Positions 8,577-17,659 of a stretch of DNA of 64,000 nt are shown here, piece by piece. A program made the position numbers and the translations under genes. Position 1 is the first letter of the stretch. Each line of letters starts with the position of its first letter. The notes beneath the pieces are model-generated. The model saw only the letters and a program-made list of their open reading frames with translations, ran no database searches and was not told the DNA's origin. The stretch lies in the NCBI GenBank assembly GCA_049521415.1, contig JBEKOV010000001.1, positions 28,808 to 92,807 on the forward strand, given 5' to 3'. The stretch comes from Chthoniobacteraceae bacterium (lineage in GTDB: Bacteria; Verrucomicrobiota; Verrucomicrobiia; Chthoniobacterales; Chthoniobacteraceae).

Positions 8577-10775
8577 CTATCTCAAGAATGCCTCGTGCAG
8601 GCCGCCGTCGACTGTTATTACATGACCGGTGGTTTTGCTAAGTTGATCGGTAAGCAGGATGTAATAGGCCTCGGCCTGATCGGCTGTTGTAATTGGAGAC
8701 TTGGTCAAGGTGCGGTTGGCGTAAAACTGCGTCAGTTTTTCCGTGAGCGATTCGGTTGATTCATCCTCACTGTAGGGGATGTCATACTTGGCAAGTGAAC
8801 TGATCACGCGCTCCCGCGGGAACATGGCGCTGCCTTGCACGACCGTGGCCGGGGCAACCCCGTTGACCCGCACCAGCGGGGATAACTCGACCGCGAGCTC
8901 GCGCACCAGGTGATTCGCCGCAGCTTTGCTCGTGTCATAGGCCAGGCTTCCTTCCTTTGCCACGACGGCGTTCGCGCTCGTGGTCAGGATCAGGTTGCCC
9001 CGCAGCCCTTGCCGCTCCCATCGCGGAGCGGCCTCGTCGCCGACAAGATACGGCCCGGTGACATTAATTGAGAAAGTAAGCGCCCACTTATCGTCCGAAA
9101 TGTGGCCGGTGGTATCCGGCGGCACGAAAATGCCGGCGGTTACGGCGATGGAATCGAACCCGCCGTAAGCCAGCGCCACGTCGTCGAGCATCCTGCGGAC
9201 GCTGGCGCGGTCGGTGATATTCGCGCCGAGCCCGAGGACGGATCCGCATCCCGAGATGCCGCTGCCAGCCACGCCAATGCCGAGGCCGAGTTGATTGGTG
9301 ATCTCCCTGGCGGTCGCTTCCGCGGCCTCCTTGTTGAGATCCACGCACACGACGTGCGCGCCCTCCTTGACGATGCGATGAGCCACCTGGCGGCCAATGC
9401 CGCTGCCCGCGCCGACAACGCAAACGACCTGCCGCGCAAGCGATCTCTCCGCCGGCATCCATTGCAGCTTCGCTTCTTCGAGCAGCCAGTACTCGATATC
9501 GAACGCCTCCTGCTGAGGCAATGCGATGTATTGGTCGATCGCCTCCGCGCCGCGCATGACTTCCACCGCGCAGTTATAGAACTCGGCGGTAACCCGCGAC
9601 TCCGACTTATCCTTGCCCCATGCGATCATGCCGAGGCCGGGAATAAGGATTACGGTCGGGTTCGGGTCGCGCATCGCGGGCGAGTTTGCGCGCCGGCAAC
9701 GACTGTAGTAAGCGGTATAGTCGGCGCGGTAACTCAAAACGCCCGCTTCGAGTTTCCGCTCGAGCGCCGCGATATCTTCGCCCTGCGGATTCCAATCGAC
9801 ATAGAGCGGCTTGATCTTTGTCCTGAGAAAATGATCCGGACAGCTTGTACCCAGCTCCGCGAGCCGCGGCGCATCGTTGGAATTGACGAAACGCAGAATC
9901 TTGTCGTCATCCTGGATGGTCCCGATGAATCGCTTTTGCTGCGAGACCTTGCCGCGAAGCCACGGCAAGATCCTGGCGAATACCTCGCGCCGGCGTTCCG
10001 CATCGAGCGGCTGGTACTTTGCGCCGCCGAAGGCCGCCACGTCGCCGCCCTTTTCCGCGTAGCGTTTTTCCATATAAGCGGCCGCCTTCTCGATAAGTTC
10101 GAGGGATAACTCATAACATTCCCTGTCGTCGTTGGCCCAATTGATCAGGCCGTGCTGACCTAGGATGACGCCCTTTGCTCCCGGATGCAGCCGGCATATC
10201 TCCTGTAACTTGAGGCCAAGGTCGAACCCGGGCCGCTGCCACGGCGTCCAGACTACCAGGCCGCCATAGATTTCTTTCGTGAGCGCCTCCGCATTCTTCG
10301 AGGCGGCGACTGCGATGGCCGCGTTCGGATGCGTATGGTCCACGTGTTTGTAAGGGACAAAGGAATGGAGGGGGGTATCGATGGAAGAGGCGCGCGGGTT
10401 CAAGTTGAAGGTCGTGTGCGCATACATCCCGACCATCGAGTCTTCGACGGGCGTCTTCGGCCCGCGGTCGGACGCGGTGTTGTAAACTTTTTGCAGGGCA
10501 ATCAGCCGGTCCTGGTAAAGGGAGGAGAAATTCTCAAGCTTCGAGGTGCGCAGATCACCGCCCGATCCCTTTACCCAAAGGACCTCGACGGCCTCGCCCG
10601 TAAGCGGATCTTTCTCGCGGATTTTTGCCGAGGTATTGCCGCCGCCGGTATTGGTAATGCGCTGGTCGCCGCCGAGCAGGTTGGAGCGATAGACCAGGCG
10701 GATGGCGGGACTAAGTTGGGAGGCGACGGCATCGTCCCAGAGATAATTGACGTGCTGATACTTTACGGACTGCAT
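8577..10775 (-). CDS. bifunctional rhamnulose-1-phosphate aldolase / short-chain dehydrogenase (RhaEW/YuxG-like)
   Basis: N-terminal class II aldolase-like domain plus C-terminal SDR (VVGAGSGIGRQVA Rossmann motif, YDTSKAA catalytic YxxxK); start at MQSVKYQH (ATG 10775). Confidence 0.85.
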   Translation of the reverse strand: MQSVKYQHVNYLWDDAVASQLSPAIRLVYRSNLLGGDQRITNTGGGNTSAKIREKDPLTGEAVEVLWVKGSGGDLRTSKLENFSSLYQDRLIALQKVYNTASDRGPKTPVEDSMVGMYAHTTFNLNPRASSIDTPLHSFVPYKHVDHTHPNAAIAVAASKNAEALTKEIYGGLVVWTPWQRPGFDLGLKLQEICRLHPGAKGVILGQHGLINWANDDRECYELSLELIEKAAAYMEKRYAEKGGDVAAFGGAKYQPLDAERRREVFARILPWLRGKVSQQKRFIGTIQDDDKILRFVNSNDAPRLAELGTSCPDHFLRTKIKPLYVDWNPQGEDIAALERKLEAGVLSYRADYTAYYSRCRRANSPAMRDPNPTVILIPGLGMIAWGKDKSESRVTAEFYNCAVEVMRGAEAIDQYIALPQQEAFDIEYWLLEEAKLQWMPAERSLARQVVCVVGAGSGIGRQVAHRIVKEGAHVVCVDLNKEAAEATAREITNQLGLGIGVAGSGISGCGSVLGLGANITDRASVRRMLDDVALAYGGFDSIAVTAGIFVPPDTTGHISDDKWALTFSINVTGPYLVGDEAAPRWERQGLRGNLILTTSANAVVAKEGSLAYDTSKAAANHLVRELAVELSPLVRVNGVAPATVVQGSAMFPRERVISSLAKYDIPYSEDESTESLTEKLTQFYANRTLTKSPITTADQAEAYYILLTDQLSKTTGHVITVDGGLHEAFLR

Positions 10776-10792
10776 TTGTATGATTTTTGGGG

Positions 10793-12265
10793 TTATCCGG
10801 GGAGATTGCGGAAACGGGCGGAGGCCTCGTCCCATGCTTTGGTGTGATTGGGTTTGTAAGGGGCCACGGGGAATGAATTGCGGACGGTGCGGCGCAGCTC
10901 GGCCAGCGAGGCGATATCGCCGAGGGCGATGGCTTGCACGAGCACGTTGCCGATGGCCGTCGCCTCGACGGGGCCGGCGATGACGTCGCAGCCGATGGCA
11001 TCGGCGGCGGCCTGGTTGAGGAGCTTGCTCTGGCTGCCGCCTCCGAGGACGTGGAGCCTGTCGAGTGAGCGCCCGGTAAGTTCGCGCAATTGCTCGAATG
11101 CGGTGCGGTAGGTCAGGGCGAGGCTCTCAAGGATGCAGCGGACGATTTGTCCCGGAGTCGCCGGTACCGGCTCGCCGTGCGCTTGGCACGCCTGCTGGAC
11201 TTTTCGCGGCATCTGGTCGGGCCTGGTGAAGACGGCGGCCTCGGGATTGATCAACGAGCGCAGGGGTTCGGTCTCGAGCGCGAGGTGGGTCAGCTCTTCG
11301 TAGCCGTATTCGGTTCCCTCCCTGGCCCAGGCGCGCCGGCATTCCTGGAGGAGCCAGAGACCGGAAATGTTCTTGAGGAAGAGCGTGGCGCCGCCGTACC
11401 CGGCTTCATTGGTGAAGTTCGCCTGATGGACCGCGTCGTTGATGAGCGGCTCGGGCAATTCAACGCCTATGAGCGACCATGTTCCGGACGAAAGAAAAGC
11501 CCAGTTATCCCCATCGGCCGGGACTGCGGCGACGGCCGCGCCGGTGTCGTGCGAGCAGGAGGCGACGACCTGGACGCCGTCGAGCTTTGTCTCCTCGGCG
11601 ACCTCGGGGAGCAAGGGCCCGAGGATGGTACCGGAAGGAACGATCTCCGGAAAGATCGCCTGGTTGAACCCGAAGGCGCCGATCAGCCCGGCGGACCATG
11701 CGCGCTTGCGGGGGTTATACATTTGCGTGGTGCTGGCGAGGCTCCGCTCGGCCACGGCGCGACCGCTGAGGAGGTAATTGAAATAATCGCCGATGAGGAG
11801 GAAGCGGTCGGCCTGGGCGACGAGTTCCGGACGCGAGTCCATGTCCGCGACAAACTGGTAGAGTGTGTTGATGGACATGAACTGGATGCCGGTCTCCTCG
11901 AAGATGCGCGGCGCACCGACTTTCTTGAGCGCCGCCTCGTATGCGGCATCGGTGCGCGGGTCGCGATAGTTATAGGCGAGGCCAATCTGCGGCTCGTTGC
12001 GCCCCACGAGCACATAATCGATTCCCCACGAATCGACGCTAAGGCTCCGCGGCGCGATGCCGAGCTCGGCGACCTTCGCCAGGCCGCGCTTCAGCTCCTC
12101 GAATATCCGCAGCGTGTCCCACCGGTAGCCGCCCATGATGAGGATGGGACCGTTTGGAAAACGGTGGATTTCGGCGAGTTCGAGTTTTCCATTTTCGAAG
12201 GCGCCGAGCATGACGCGTCCGCTTTCGGCGCCCAGGTCGCAGGCGATGTAATGTTTTGGGTTCAT
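10793..12265 (-). CDS. rhaB: rhamnulokinase (FGGY carbohydrate kinase family)
   Basis: IACDLGAESGRVMLG N-terminus, FGGY-type C-terminal GGGSQSKLLNQ; adjacent to the aldolase/SDR and DeoR genes. Confidence 0.85.
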   Translation of the reverse strand: MNPKHYIACDLGAESGRVMLGAFENGKLELAEIHRFPNGPILIMGGYRWDTLRIFEELKRGLAKVAELGIAPRSLSVDSWGIDYVLVGRNEPQIGLAYNYRDPRTDAAYEAALKKVGAPRIFEETGIQFMSINTLYQFVADMDSRPELVAQADRFLLIGDYFNYLLSGRAVAERSLASTTQMYNPRKRAWSAGLIGAFGFNQAIFPEIVPSGTILGPLLPEVAEETKLDGVQVVASCSHDTGAAVAAVPADGDNWAFLSSGTWSLIGVELPEPLINDAVHQANFTNEAGYGGATLFLKNISGLWLLQECRRAWAREGTEYGYEELTHLALETEPLRSLINPEAAVFTRPDQMPRKVQQACQAHGEPVPATPGQIVRCILESLALTYRTAFEQLRELTGRSLDRLHVLGGGSQSKLLNQAAADAIGCDVIAGPVEATAIGNVLVQAIALGDIASLAELRRTVRNSFPVAPYKPNHTKAWDEASARFRNLPG

Positions 12266-13092
12266 TTGCGGGGGGAGGTGTCGGGTTGGGAGAGAAATTT
12301 TTGCGGGACGCCGGCGGTGCGAGCGGCCGGCGGCGGGGCGTCAGTGAGGACGTGATCGATCTCCTTCCAATGGGAGAGAAAGACCGGCGCGGTCCGGCCG
12401 AGCTTGGTCGCATCGGCGCAGAGAACGACTTGCCGTGCGTCGTTAATGAGGCGCTTTTGAAATTCGACGACCTCCTGTTGGGAGTTCCAGACGCCCTCGA
12501 TATCTGCGCCCTGCACACCAAGAAATGCCAGGTCGATTTCATAAAACTCCAGCGCCATGCGCGCGGCGCGCCCGACGAGCACGGCCTGGAAGGGCAGTAG
12601 CTCGCCACCCAGCAGATGCACGCCGATCCCCTGGACAGGGGCGAGCAACTCGGCCACTGGAAGGCTGTTGGTGATGGCGGTAAGCGGTGTCACCGGCACA
12701 CGTTGCAACTCCTCGGCGATTGCAAATATGGTGGTGCCGGCGTCGAAGAAACAGCAATTCCCCGGCTGGATCATGCTCCATGCCCGGCGGGCGATCGCCT
12801 GCTTGCCTGCCGCTGAAACGCGCTGGCGCTCGATGAATGAGGGAAACCGGTGGCTGTACTCCGCCAGGGCGCCGCCGTGGGTCCGGCGGATTTGATGGCC
12901 TGAGGCCAGTGCTGCCAAGTCCCGGCGTGCCGTAGCCTCAGAAATCTGGAACCGGGCGCAAACCTCGTTCAGCGGAACGTAGGAATGCTGCTGGAGCCAG
13001 GCGGCGAGTTTCTCGCGGCGAGCGGAGACGATTCGGAGGGGGACCTTCATTTCGCTGAGAAGGAAGCACTGGATATGAGTGGAGTCAATCAT
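12262..13092 (-). CDS. DeoR/GlpR family transcriptional regulator
   Basis: HTH LNEVCARFQISEATARRDLAAL and DeoR C-terminal sensor domain; 4-nt overlap with rhaB; alternative start ATG 13050. Confidence 0.85.
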   Translation of the reverse strand: MIDSTHIQCFLLSEMKVPLRIVSARREKLAAWLQQHSYVPLNEVCARFQISEATARRDLAALASGHQIRRTHGGALAEYSHRFPSFIERQRVSAAGKQAIARRAWSMIQPGNCCFFDAGTTIFAIAEELQRVPVTPLTAITNSLPVAELLAPVQGIGVHLLGGELLPFQAVLVGRAARMALEFYEIDLAFLGVQGADIEGVWNSQQEVVEFQKRLINDARQVVLCADATKLGRTAPVFLSHWKEIDHVLTDAPPPAARTAGVPQKFLSQPDTSPRK

Positions 13093-13348
13093 AAAAAATA
13101 GAAATGCTGTTATTTATGATTGATCCCGGTCGTTTATACCTTATCCCGGGGAGTTGTTCACACCTTCTGAGAAGGAGGTATTATTTCAGGACCAGACAAT
13201 TCTTCATATTAAGCGTGTCAATAAGCCCTCCAATCAGGGTTCCACACAACCGCAGGGCTGGTTCCGCAAGTTCCCAAGCTGGCGAATATCCACCCGACAG
13301 CGATTCAATGAAGAGGGGGAAGCCGGTTTTCTCGGAGTTGTTGGGGGT

Positions 13349-14083
13349 TTATTCCGGGTTATTGGACTCTTTTTCATCCTTCGGATTCGTCTGCTGAGGT
13401 ACGTTCTTCCAGGTCTCCCTTTGCAGGGAATCGAGCGCCGCGGCGAAGTGAGCGTCTTTCTTGCTGGGCCCCTGGCCGCGACCGAGCTCCACACCCAGCC
13501 ACGTCACCACGGCCGTGAAGTGCTTCGAATGTTCCGGGCCGACCTGAGAGGCGATCGAGTATTTCGGGCTTTGGGGGGCGATTGATTGAAGGATCTCCTG
13601 GAGCCGGCCCTTTGGATTTACATCCATCGGTTCGAGCCGCAGGTTTTCGATATCCGGCTGGGCTTCCTCGAGGACGAAACGCCGCACGGCGTCGAGGCTG
13701 CCATCGAGATACATCGCGCCAACCAAAGCCTCGAACCCATCCGCGAGGGCCGAGGCGCGCACGCGTCCGCCGCTGGATTCCTCGCCCTTGCCCATCATGA
13801 GGTAATGGCCGAGGCCGATTGAGATGGCGTGGACTTTCAGCCCCTCGCGCGAGACCAGGCGGGATCGCATCTTGGTCAATTGCCCCTCGGAAAGATTCGG
13901 GAAGAGATTGAAGAGATGCTCTGTGAAGACGAGTTGAAGGACGGCGTCACCGAGGAATTCGAGGCGCTGGTTGTCAAAGTGATGGCGTTGTGTTTCGTAG
14001 CCGAGGCTGGGATGAGTCAACGCCTCTGCCAGGAGCAGGGAATTTCGAAATTTATAACGGATGCGTTGTTCCAGGGGAGTCAT
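13349..14083 (-). CDS. rnc: ribonuclease III
   Basis: Signature NQRLEFLGDAVL, C-terminal dsRBD. Confidence 0.95.
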   Translation of the reverse strand: MTPLEQRIRYKFRNSLLLAEALTHPSLGYETQRHHFDNQRLEFLGDAVLQLVFTEHLFNLFPNLSEGQLTKMRSRLVSREGLKVHAISIGLGHYLMMGKGEESSGGRVRASALADGFEALVGAMYLDGSLDAVRRFVLEEAQPDIENLRLEPMDVNPKGRLQEILQSIAPQSPKYSIASQVGPEHSKHFTAVVTWLGVELGRGQGPSKKDAHFAAALDSLQRETWKNVPQQTNPKDEKESNNPE

Positions 14084-14224
14084 GAGTCGGAAGGAATGCG
14101 CCGAGAGGCTCTTACCATAACGGATGCGGGCAGAGGAATACCGAATGCGAAAGTTTCAATTTTGCGTCACAAAATTTTCTTTTGCGTTGATCGATTGCGT
14201 CAAAACCGTGCAGATAAGGGAAAG

Positions 14225-14872
14225 ATGTCACGGGAATCAGCGGCACCGACGGATTTGGAATTAACGACAGCATGTCTCGAGGGAGATGTCTTTGCACTCT
14301 CGCGGATGCGAACGCGATTTAATGGCGAATTAAGCGCGTTCCTGACGGGCGCGGGGGCGACGAAGAGCGAGGCGGATGAATTACTGACGAACCTCTGGAC
14401 CGATTGCGTGACCGGCAAGCGGCTGCTGCTGCGCTATCGCGGCAGCGCGCCGCTCGTGGCATGGTTGAAGACCGTCGTGATGAACGACCTGGTGGATCGG
14501 CGGCGCCGGCAAAGCCTGGAGAAGTCGGCCAGCGACGCGCTATCGGGCCTGGATGACGAAGGGGCGCACAGCCGGCGACGCAAGCGGGCGGCGGACGCGC
14601 CGCTGTTTGGGATTATGCGCCGGGCGCTCACGCGGGCGTTTGGTTCGTGTTCCGCGGAGGCGGTTGTGATGTTGCAGCTCGTGCATCTTTACGGGCTGAG
14701 CCAGCGCGAGGTGTGCATCATCTGGGGGTACACCGAGTCAAAGGTCAGCCGGCGATTATCAGGCGCGATGCGCCAGATCGCAGAGGAGACGATGCGGGCG
14801 ATTCGCGACGCCGATGAATGGCTGGAAATCCAGTGGGAGGATTTCCTGGACTTCTGCCGCGGCGTCGAATGA
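14225..14872 (+). CDS. sigma-70 family (ECF-like) RNA polymerase sigma factor
   Basis: Start at MSRESAAP (ATG 14225) inside the 347-aa ORF; region 2-like LVAWLKTVVMNDLVDRRR and region 4 HTH LYGLSQREVCIIWGYTESKVSRRLSGAMRQI. Confidence 0.7.
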   Translation: MSRESAAPTDLELTTACLEGDVFALSRMRTRFNGELSAFLTGAGATKSEADELLTNLWTDCVTGKRLLLRYRGSAPLVAWLKTVVMNDLVDRRRRQSLEKSASDALSGLDDEGAHSRRRKRAADAPLFGIMRRALTRAFGSCSAEAVVMLQLVHLYGLSQREVCIIWGYTESKVSRRLSGAMRQIAEETMRAIRDADEWLEIQWEDFLDFCRGVE

Positions 14873-14958
14873 GGCGCCGGGTAGCGAAGAAAAAAAAGAA
14901 AAGGGCGGATTCGCCGCAATTACTCTGCAAGATTCCGTAATTCGAACGCTATAAGTTA

Positions 14959-15192
14959 GTGAGCCGGGAGTTTGATGAAGTGTTGGTCTTTCTGGAGCGA
15001 TTCCAGATTGGACCGGCGATGGAGAAGGAACCAGTCCTGCAGCCGGACCTGAGGGAACGGCTGGAGCGGTTTGCGGATGGATTGTGCGATGAGGCGGAGC
15101 GCGAAGAACTTTGTGAAATTTTGCGCGCGGACCCGAGCCTTGTGCGATGGGTGGCGGAACGGGTGAAGGAACGGCGGAAGCCGCCGGAGTAA
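14959..15192 (+). CDS. small acidic hypothetical protein next to the sigma factor (possible anti-sigma or partner)
   Basis: 77-aa ORF, GTG start, position only. Confidence 0.3.
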   Translation: MSREFDEVLVFLERFQIGPAMEKEPVLQPDLRERLERFADGLCDEAEREELCEILRADPSLVRWVAERVKERRKPPE

Positions 15193-15219
15193 CCCGATAA
15201 GCGGCGGCGCCAACTTACG

Positions 15220-15270
15220 GAACCCATGCGGGTTATGGGAACCAACGTGGGTTATGGAAACCACGCGGGC
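15220..15270. repeat. 19-bp tandem repeat, about 2.7 copies
   Basis: GGAACCCATGCGGGTTATG / GGAACCAACGTGGGTTATG / GAAACCACGCGGG read directly. Confidence 0.8.
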
Positions 15271-15310
15271 CGGAGGGGGCGCCCTTGCGTTGACGCCCGC
15301 CTCCGGCCCG
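15268..15310 (+). terminator. long GC-rich hairpin (about 15 bp stem with one bulge), no T-run
   Basis: GGGCCGGAGGGGGCG ... CGCCCGCCTCCGGCCC. Confidence 0.4.
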
Positions 15311-15480
15311 CAGCCACCCTGACGTAGTTACAATGATGTAAGCGGGCGGGAATTGGTTTCTTGCAAAAAAAGAAGCATGGAAGGGAGAAAGTGGAAAAGT
15401 ACCTTATGGGGCCTTTGTTATAAATACAGGTATCTATATAAAGTTATAACGGAAGGGGGAGTTTATGGTGACTGGGGCGT

Positions 15481-15565
15481 TTCAAGAAATACAGTGGCTG
15501 TATTTTGTGGAGAAAGGACGAAAACGACCTAAAGGACGGCTGCACAAAAAGTTGAACTGCCATAA
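15481..15565 (+). repeat. intergenic repeat element, copy A (AAGGAC-motif element)
   Basis: Aligns with 43659-43756: TTCAAGAAAT..GT.GC.GT.TTTTGTG.AG.AAGGAC...AAAGGACGG..GC.A.ACAAAAAGTTGA.C.GCCATAA. Confidence 0.8.
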
Positions 15566-15629
15566 CTGGCGGAGATCTCGCCAGGAATGAGGAGCGCGAA
15601 GCGAGCCCAACATGCGGGGAGGGCGAATG

Positions 15630-15702
15630 GGTGGCCGACGGGACTCGAACCCGCAACAGCCAGAACCACAATCTGGAGCTCTACCATTGAGCTACGGCCA
15701 CC
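15630..15702 (-). tRNA. tRNA-His (anticodon GTG) with encoded G-1
   Basis: Hand-folded cloverleaf: G-1, acceptor GTGGCCG/CGGCCAC, D arm GCTC/GAGC, anticodon arm CCAGA-TTGTGGT-TCTGG, T arm GCGGG-TTCGAGT-CCCGT, discriminator C. Confidence 0.95.
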
Positions 15703-15809
15703 ATTTTGACGCGGCGTATCCGCGCGACGCGAAAAACCCGAATGAACGGGTTTGGCACTTTAATGGATTATTGCGAAAGCAAAAGCTGATTTTTGGCGGG
15801 GCCGACGCC

Positions 15810-16226
15810 CTACCCGCTGAAGGTCAGCTTGGTCACACGCGCGGCGGCGGCGGCGTTGAGCACGTCCATAATGCGCTCGTGCGTCGTCTCGGGCGAGGGG
15901 CGTACGATGACGGGGTTTTTGTCGCCGAATTGAGCGATGCTCTGCGTAAAGAAATCGCGCAAGGCTTGCAGATTCTTGTCGTCACTGGCGCCGTAGGGCT
16001 GGCCGTTCATCGTCACCTGGCCGTCGGCGGAGATGTCGACGATGATGGGGGTGGTGGGCACGTCGGAAGGTTTGCCCACGCCGCTCGGCAGGTTCATGGA
16101 TAATTCCTTCTCGACCACCTGCACGCCGGCGCTGGCCATGAAAAAGAGCATCAACACAAAGACCACGTCCACCATCGGGGCGATCTGGAATCCCACGTCA
16201 CCGTCTTCTGATCCTATGGAGGCCAT
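15810..16226 (-). CDS. exbD: ExbD/TolR family biopolymer transport protein
   Basis: FQIAPMVDVVFVLMLFFM N-terminal TM motif typical of ExbD/TolR. Confidence 0.85.
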   Translation of the reverse strand: MASIGSEDGDVGFQIAPMVDVVFVLMLFFMASAGVQVVEKELSMNLPSGVGKPSDVPTTPIIVDISADGQVTMNGQPYGASDDKNLQALRDFFTQSIAQFGDKNPVIVRPSPETTHERIMDVLNAAAAARVTKLTFSG

Positions 16227-16232
16227 GGCTGG

Positions 16233-16709
16233 TTAGTGTTGAGGGGAATCCTTGTTGACGACCGAGAAGGTAACATTGGCGACGCCGGCCTGGGCAATGG
16301 CTTTCATGACGGGCTTCATGAAGGCCCATTTCACGCCGCGATCCGCGCGGATGAGGACCCTGGCGACGGGATTGGCCTGCACGGCCTTTTGAATGGGCGT
16401 GATGATGGCATTGGCATCGGGATATACCTGGTCGGAAATCTCGATCCTCCCGATATCATTGATCGGCAGCCAGGAGATGTTGACGATGACCTGGCCGGGA
16501 TTGTTCTTCGAGGCCGGCTTGGCATCGGCGGCGACGGGGAGGGTGATCGAGTGATTGCTCTGGAGGACTTCGGTCGAGGAGATCGACATGAAAAAGACCA
16601 GCAGCACCAGCAGGATGTCGATCATGGGCGCAATCTGGAACTCCGGGTCCACCTCGGGCGGGTTCTTGCGCTCATTCTCGGCCTTCTGCCTTTGCGTCAG
16701 CTTGTGCAT
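16233..16709 (-). CDS. exbD: ExbD/TolR family biopolymer transport protein (second copy)
   Basis: FQIAPMIDILLVLLVFFM motif; tandem with the other exbD. Confidence 0.85.
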   Translation of the reverse strand: MHKLTQRQKAENERKNPPEVDPEFQIAPMIDILLVLLVFFMSISSTEVLQSNHSITLPVAADAKPASKNNPGQVIVNISWLPINDIGRIEISDQVYPDANAIITPIQKAVQANPVARVLIRADRGVKWAFMKPVMKAIAQAGVANVTFSVVNKDSPQH

Positions 16710-16739
16710 CGCACGAGGAATAAAGCGCGGTAAGCGCGG

Positions 16740-17630
16740 TCAGGCCGCCCAATCCAGGGTCGCGCCGCAATGGGGACAGGGATTGTCGCCGGGGGTGACC
16801 GCGCCATTGCAAACGGGGCAATTGGTGGTGAGGGCCATGGAGACGCGGCGGGATTCCGAGGCGTCGCCGTCGAGGCCCGGCTGGCCGGCGTTGAAATACT
16901 CGCCGATGCGCAGGCCGCCCAGTTCCTCGTACGGGATATCCTCGAGCAGGCGGTTGATCTGGTCGTCGGCAAAGACGATGACCATCTGCGTCCGGTTGCG
17001 GAAAATATAATAGGAGATGAATGCAGGGATGGCGATGAAGAGGCCGCTTGCGGTGGCCATCAGCACCTCGCCGATGCTGGTGGCGAGACCGCGCGGGTCG
17101 CCGATGCCGCTGGCGCCCAGGACCGCGAAGGCCCTCATCATGCCGATGACGGTGCCGAGCAGACCGATCATGGGCGAGATGACGCCGATGACGGAGAGAT
17201 AGGAATTGCGAGTGCGCAGGGTCGTCGCCTCGCGCAATGAGTACTCGGCGACGCTGTCCTCGACGGCTCCCTTGCCGCGTCCGACGCGTTCGAGGGCGCC
17301 CTTGAGGACATTCGAGAGGTAATTATTATTGGCGTTGCAGGTCTCCCACGCGGCCTGGTAATTGCCGGCGCCGATGTCGTTGCGCAGGGCATCGACGAGC
17401 GCCTTCGGGGCCATCTTTTCCCTGCGGAGGGTGATGATGTTCTGAATGACGAAGGTTACCATCGTGATCGACGTGAGCAGGATGGCGCACCAGATCAGCA
17501 CGATCAGCGGTCCGCCATTGAGGATGACGTGGATGATCGATTCGGGCGGCGATCCGGCAGGGGCGGCATCCTGGGCAAAGGCGGATGCCCCCAGCAGCAG
17601 GAGGAGGAACGGGGTCAGGTAACGTTTCAT
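16740..17630 (-). CDS. exbB: MotA/TolQ/ExbB proton channel protein with C-terminal zinc-ribbon extension
   Basis: Start at MKRYLTPFLLLLLGASAFA (ATG 17630); MotA_ExbB core GLLGTVIGMMRAF...IGEVLMATASGLFIAIPA; C-terminal CPVCNGAVTPGDNPCPHCG. Confidence 0.85.
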   Translation of the reverse strand: MKRYLTPFLLLLLGASAFAQDAAPAGSPPESIIHVILNGGPLIVLIWCAILLTSITMVTFVIQNIITLRREKMAPKALVDALRNDIGAGNYQAAWETCNANNNYLSNVLKGALERVGRGKGAVEDSVAEYSLREATTLRTRNSYLSVIGVISPMIGLLGTVIGMMRAFAVLGASGIGDPRGLATSIGEVLMATASGLFIAIPAFISYYIFRNRTQMVIVFADDQINRLLEDIPYEELGGLRIGEYFNAGQPGLDGDASESRRVSMALTTNCPVCNGAVTPGDNPCPHCGATLDWAA

Positions 17631-17659
17631 TATTGGGGTGTGAGGTTGCTCGGGTGAAT

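Noticed and set aside
13093-13348. 97-aa and 143-aa plus-strand ORFs between the DeoR gene and rnc
   Set aside because: This is an AT-rich promoter or terminator region with implausible amino-acid composition, overlapping the rnc 3' end. No motifs were seen.
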